From IMG/VR virus record IMGVR_UViG_3300037047_000111, positions 1 through 24,087 of that record: a stretch of 24,087 bases of DNA; one strand, 5' to 3'. Every line of letters begins with the position of its first letter. The stretch's first letter is position 1. Made by a program: the position numbers and the translations under genes. This stretch comes from a virus. Lineage: Duplodnaviria > Caudoviricetes. The notes under the pieces were generated by a model. It had not been told where the DNA came from. It saw only the letters and a list, made by a program, of their open reading frames with translations, and did not search any database. This document shows, one piece after another, positions 23,392 through 24,087 of the stretch.

Positions 23392-23760
23392 GTGGATCAA
23401 TTGGGGATTTCATATATTCAGGATATAGCGGAAGTTCTGGTTTTTGAAATAAGGCTCGATTTCGGGCATCTTTTGGCTGTGTTTTTGGGTCTTATTATTT
23501 TTGGGACGATTTATAACCAGGTGGTTGCCTGGCTGGAAGCGCGCAAGTTTTCCGAAGGATACATGGGTTTTATCGTTGCCGGTGGTGTGATGATCACGCT
23601 GCTGGGTGTGGCGATTGTGAGCATTCAGGCTGCTTTGATTGCGCTGGTTGCGTTTTTTGCGAGCGGGATCCCGATGATCCTTGGATCGGTTATTCGTTAT
23701 GCGCGAAGGCGTGAACAGGCTCAGCTGGATTTGATTAGTAAGGTGGATCGTGAGCTCTAA
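23392..23760 (+). CDS. Early membrane protein, 3-4 TM helices, unknown function
   Basis: GGAGGA RBS before GTG 23392. Hydrophobic segments and a basic cytoplasmic tail (RYARRRE). Confidence 0.75.
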   Translation: MDQLGISYIQDIAEVLVFEIRLDFGHLLAVFLGLIIFGTIYNQVVAWLEARKFSEGYMGFIVAGGVMITLLGVAIVSIQAALIALVAFFASGIPMILGSVIRYARRREQAQLDLISKVDREL

Positions 23761-23965
23761 ACCGCGTGAATGGCCGAATGTGGCCAGGGAAGCACGTGAC
23801 CGGGCAGCGGAGGAGGCGAATCGCGGTTATTTTGCGATCCGGCCGATGCTTTTGAAGGATATGACGGAGACGGAGCAGATCCGCCGGATTGCGATTGCGC
23901 TGGATGCTTTTAATTTGATCTCCAGGCATTTGGAAAATGTGGGTGCGTGTACCCGCCCTGAATAG
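23750..23965 (+). CDS. Hypothetical early protein (71 aa, helical)
   Basis: GTG start with AAGGTGG RBS, overlapping the previous gene. Confidence 0.65.
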   Translation: MSSKPREWPNVAREARDRAAEEANRGYFAIRPMLLKDMTETEQIRRIAIALDAFNLISRHLENVGACTRPE

Positions 23966-23970
23966 AGCGG

Positions 23971-24011
23971 AGGTTTTGGTGTTAGGTTTTAGGTTTTAGG
24001 TGAAAGGAAAA
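23971..24011 (+). repeat. Heptamer tandem repeat AGGTTTT running into an RBS
   Basis: aggtttt ggtgtt aggtttt aggtttt aggtgaa aggaaaa. Confidence 0.7.
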
Positions 24012-24014
24012 AAG

Positions 24015-24087
24015 ATGGAATTATCGGAAAGTGAAGGATATAAAAAATTATTAGCAGTTGTTACAAAAGATCTTAATGAAAATAATT
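24015..24087 (+). CDS. Hypothetical protein, 3'-partial
   Basis: GAAAGGA RBS, then ATG and an open frame (MELSESEGYKKLLAVVTKDLNENN) to the window end. Confidence 0.6.
   Translation, partial: MELSESEGYKKLLAVVTKDLNENN

Overview
The window is a continuous stretch of a temperate, long-tailed (siphovirus-type, HK97-like head) phage. From left to right: terminase large subunit (5'-truncated), a portal fused to a MuF/SPP1 gp7-like domain, prohead protease, major capsid, head-tail joining genes, tail tube, two glycosyltransferase-like genes wedged between tail tube and tail chaperone, a -1 frameshifting tail chaperone, tape measure, a GH25 lysin inside the tail module, two large tail/receptor-binding proteins, an AT-rich GT87-like membrane glycosyltransferase, a tyrosine integrase, an intact attP (3' half of tRNA-Pro(CGG) with arm-like repeats), and a divergent cI/cro switch followed by early genes. 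Phage genes on both sides of the att core suggest the excised or virion form. The most notable items are (1) a possible phage glycosylation system (Maf/GT42-like + GT-B in the tail operon, GT87 moron, lectin-like fibre tip), (2) a LexA-box-like promoter pointing antisense into a repressor that has no autoprotease domain, (3) 16-18 bp hairpin micro-insertions in intergenic short tandem repeats, and (4) a portal-MuF fusion with candidate protease sites in its linker. All protein calls come from reading motifs by eye and from gene order; no database searches were run.
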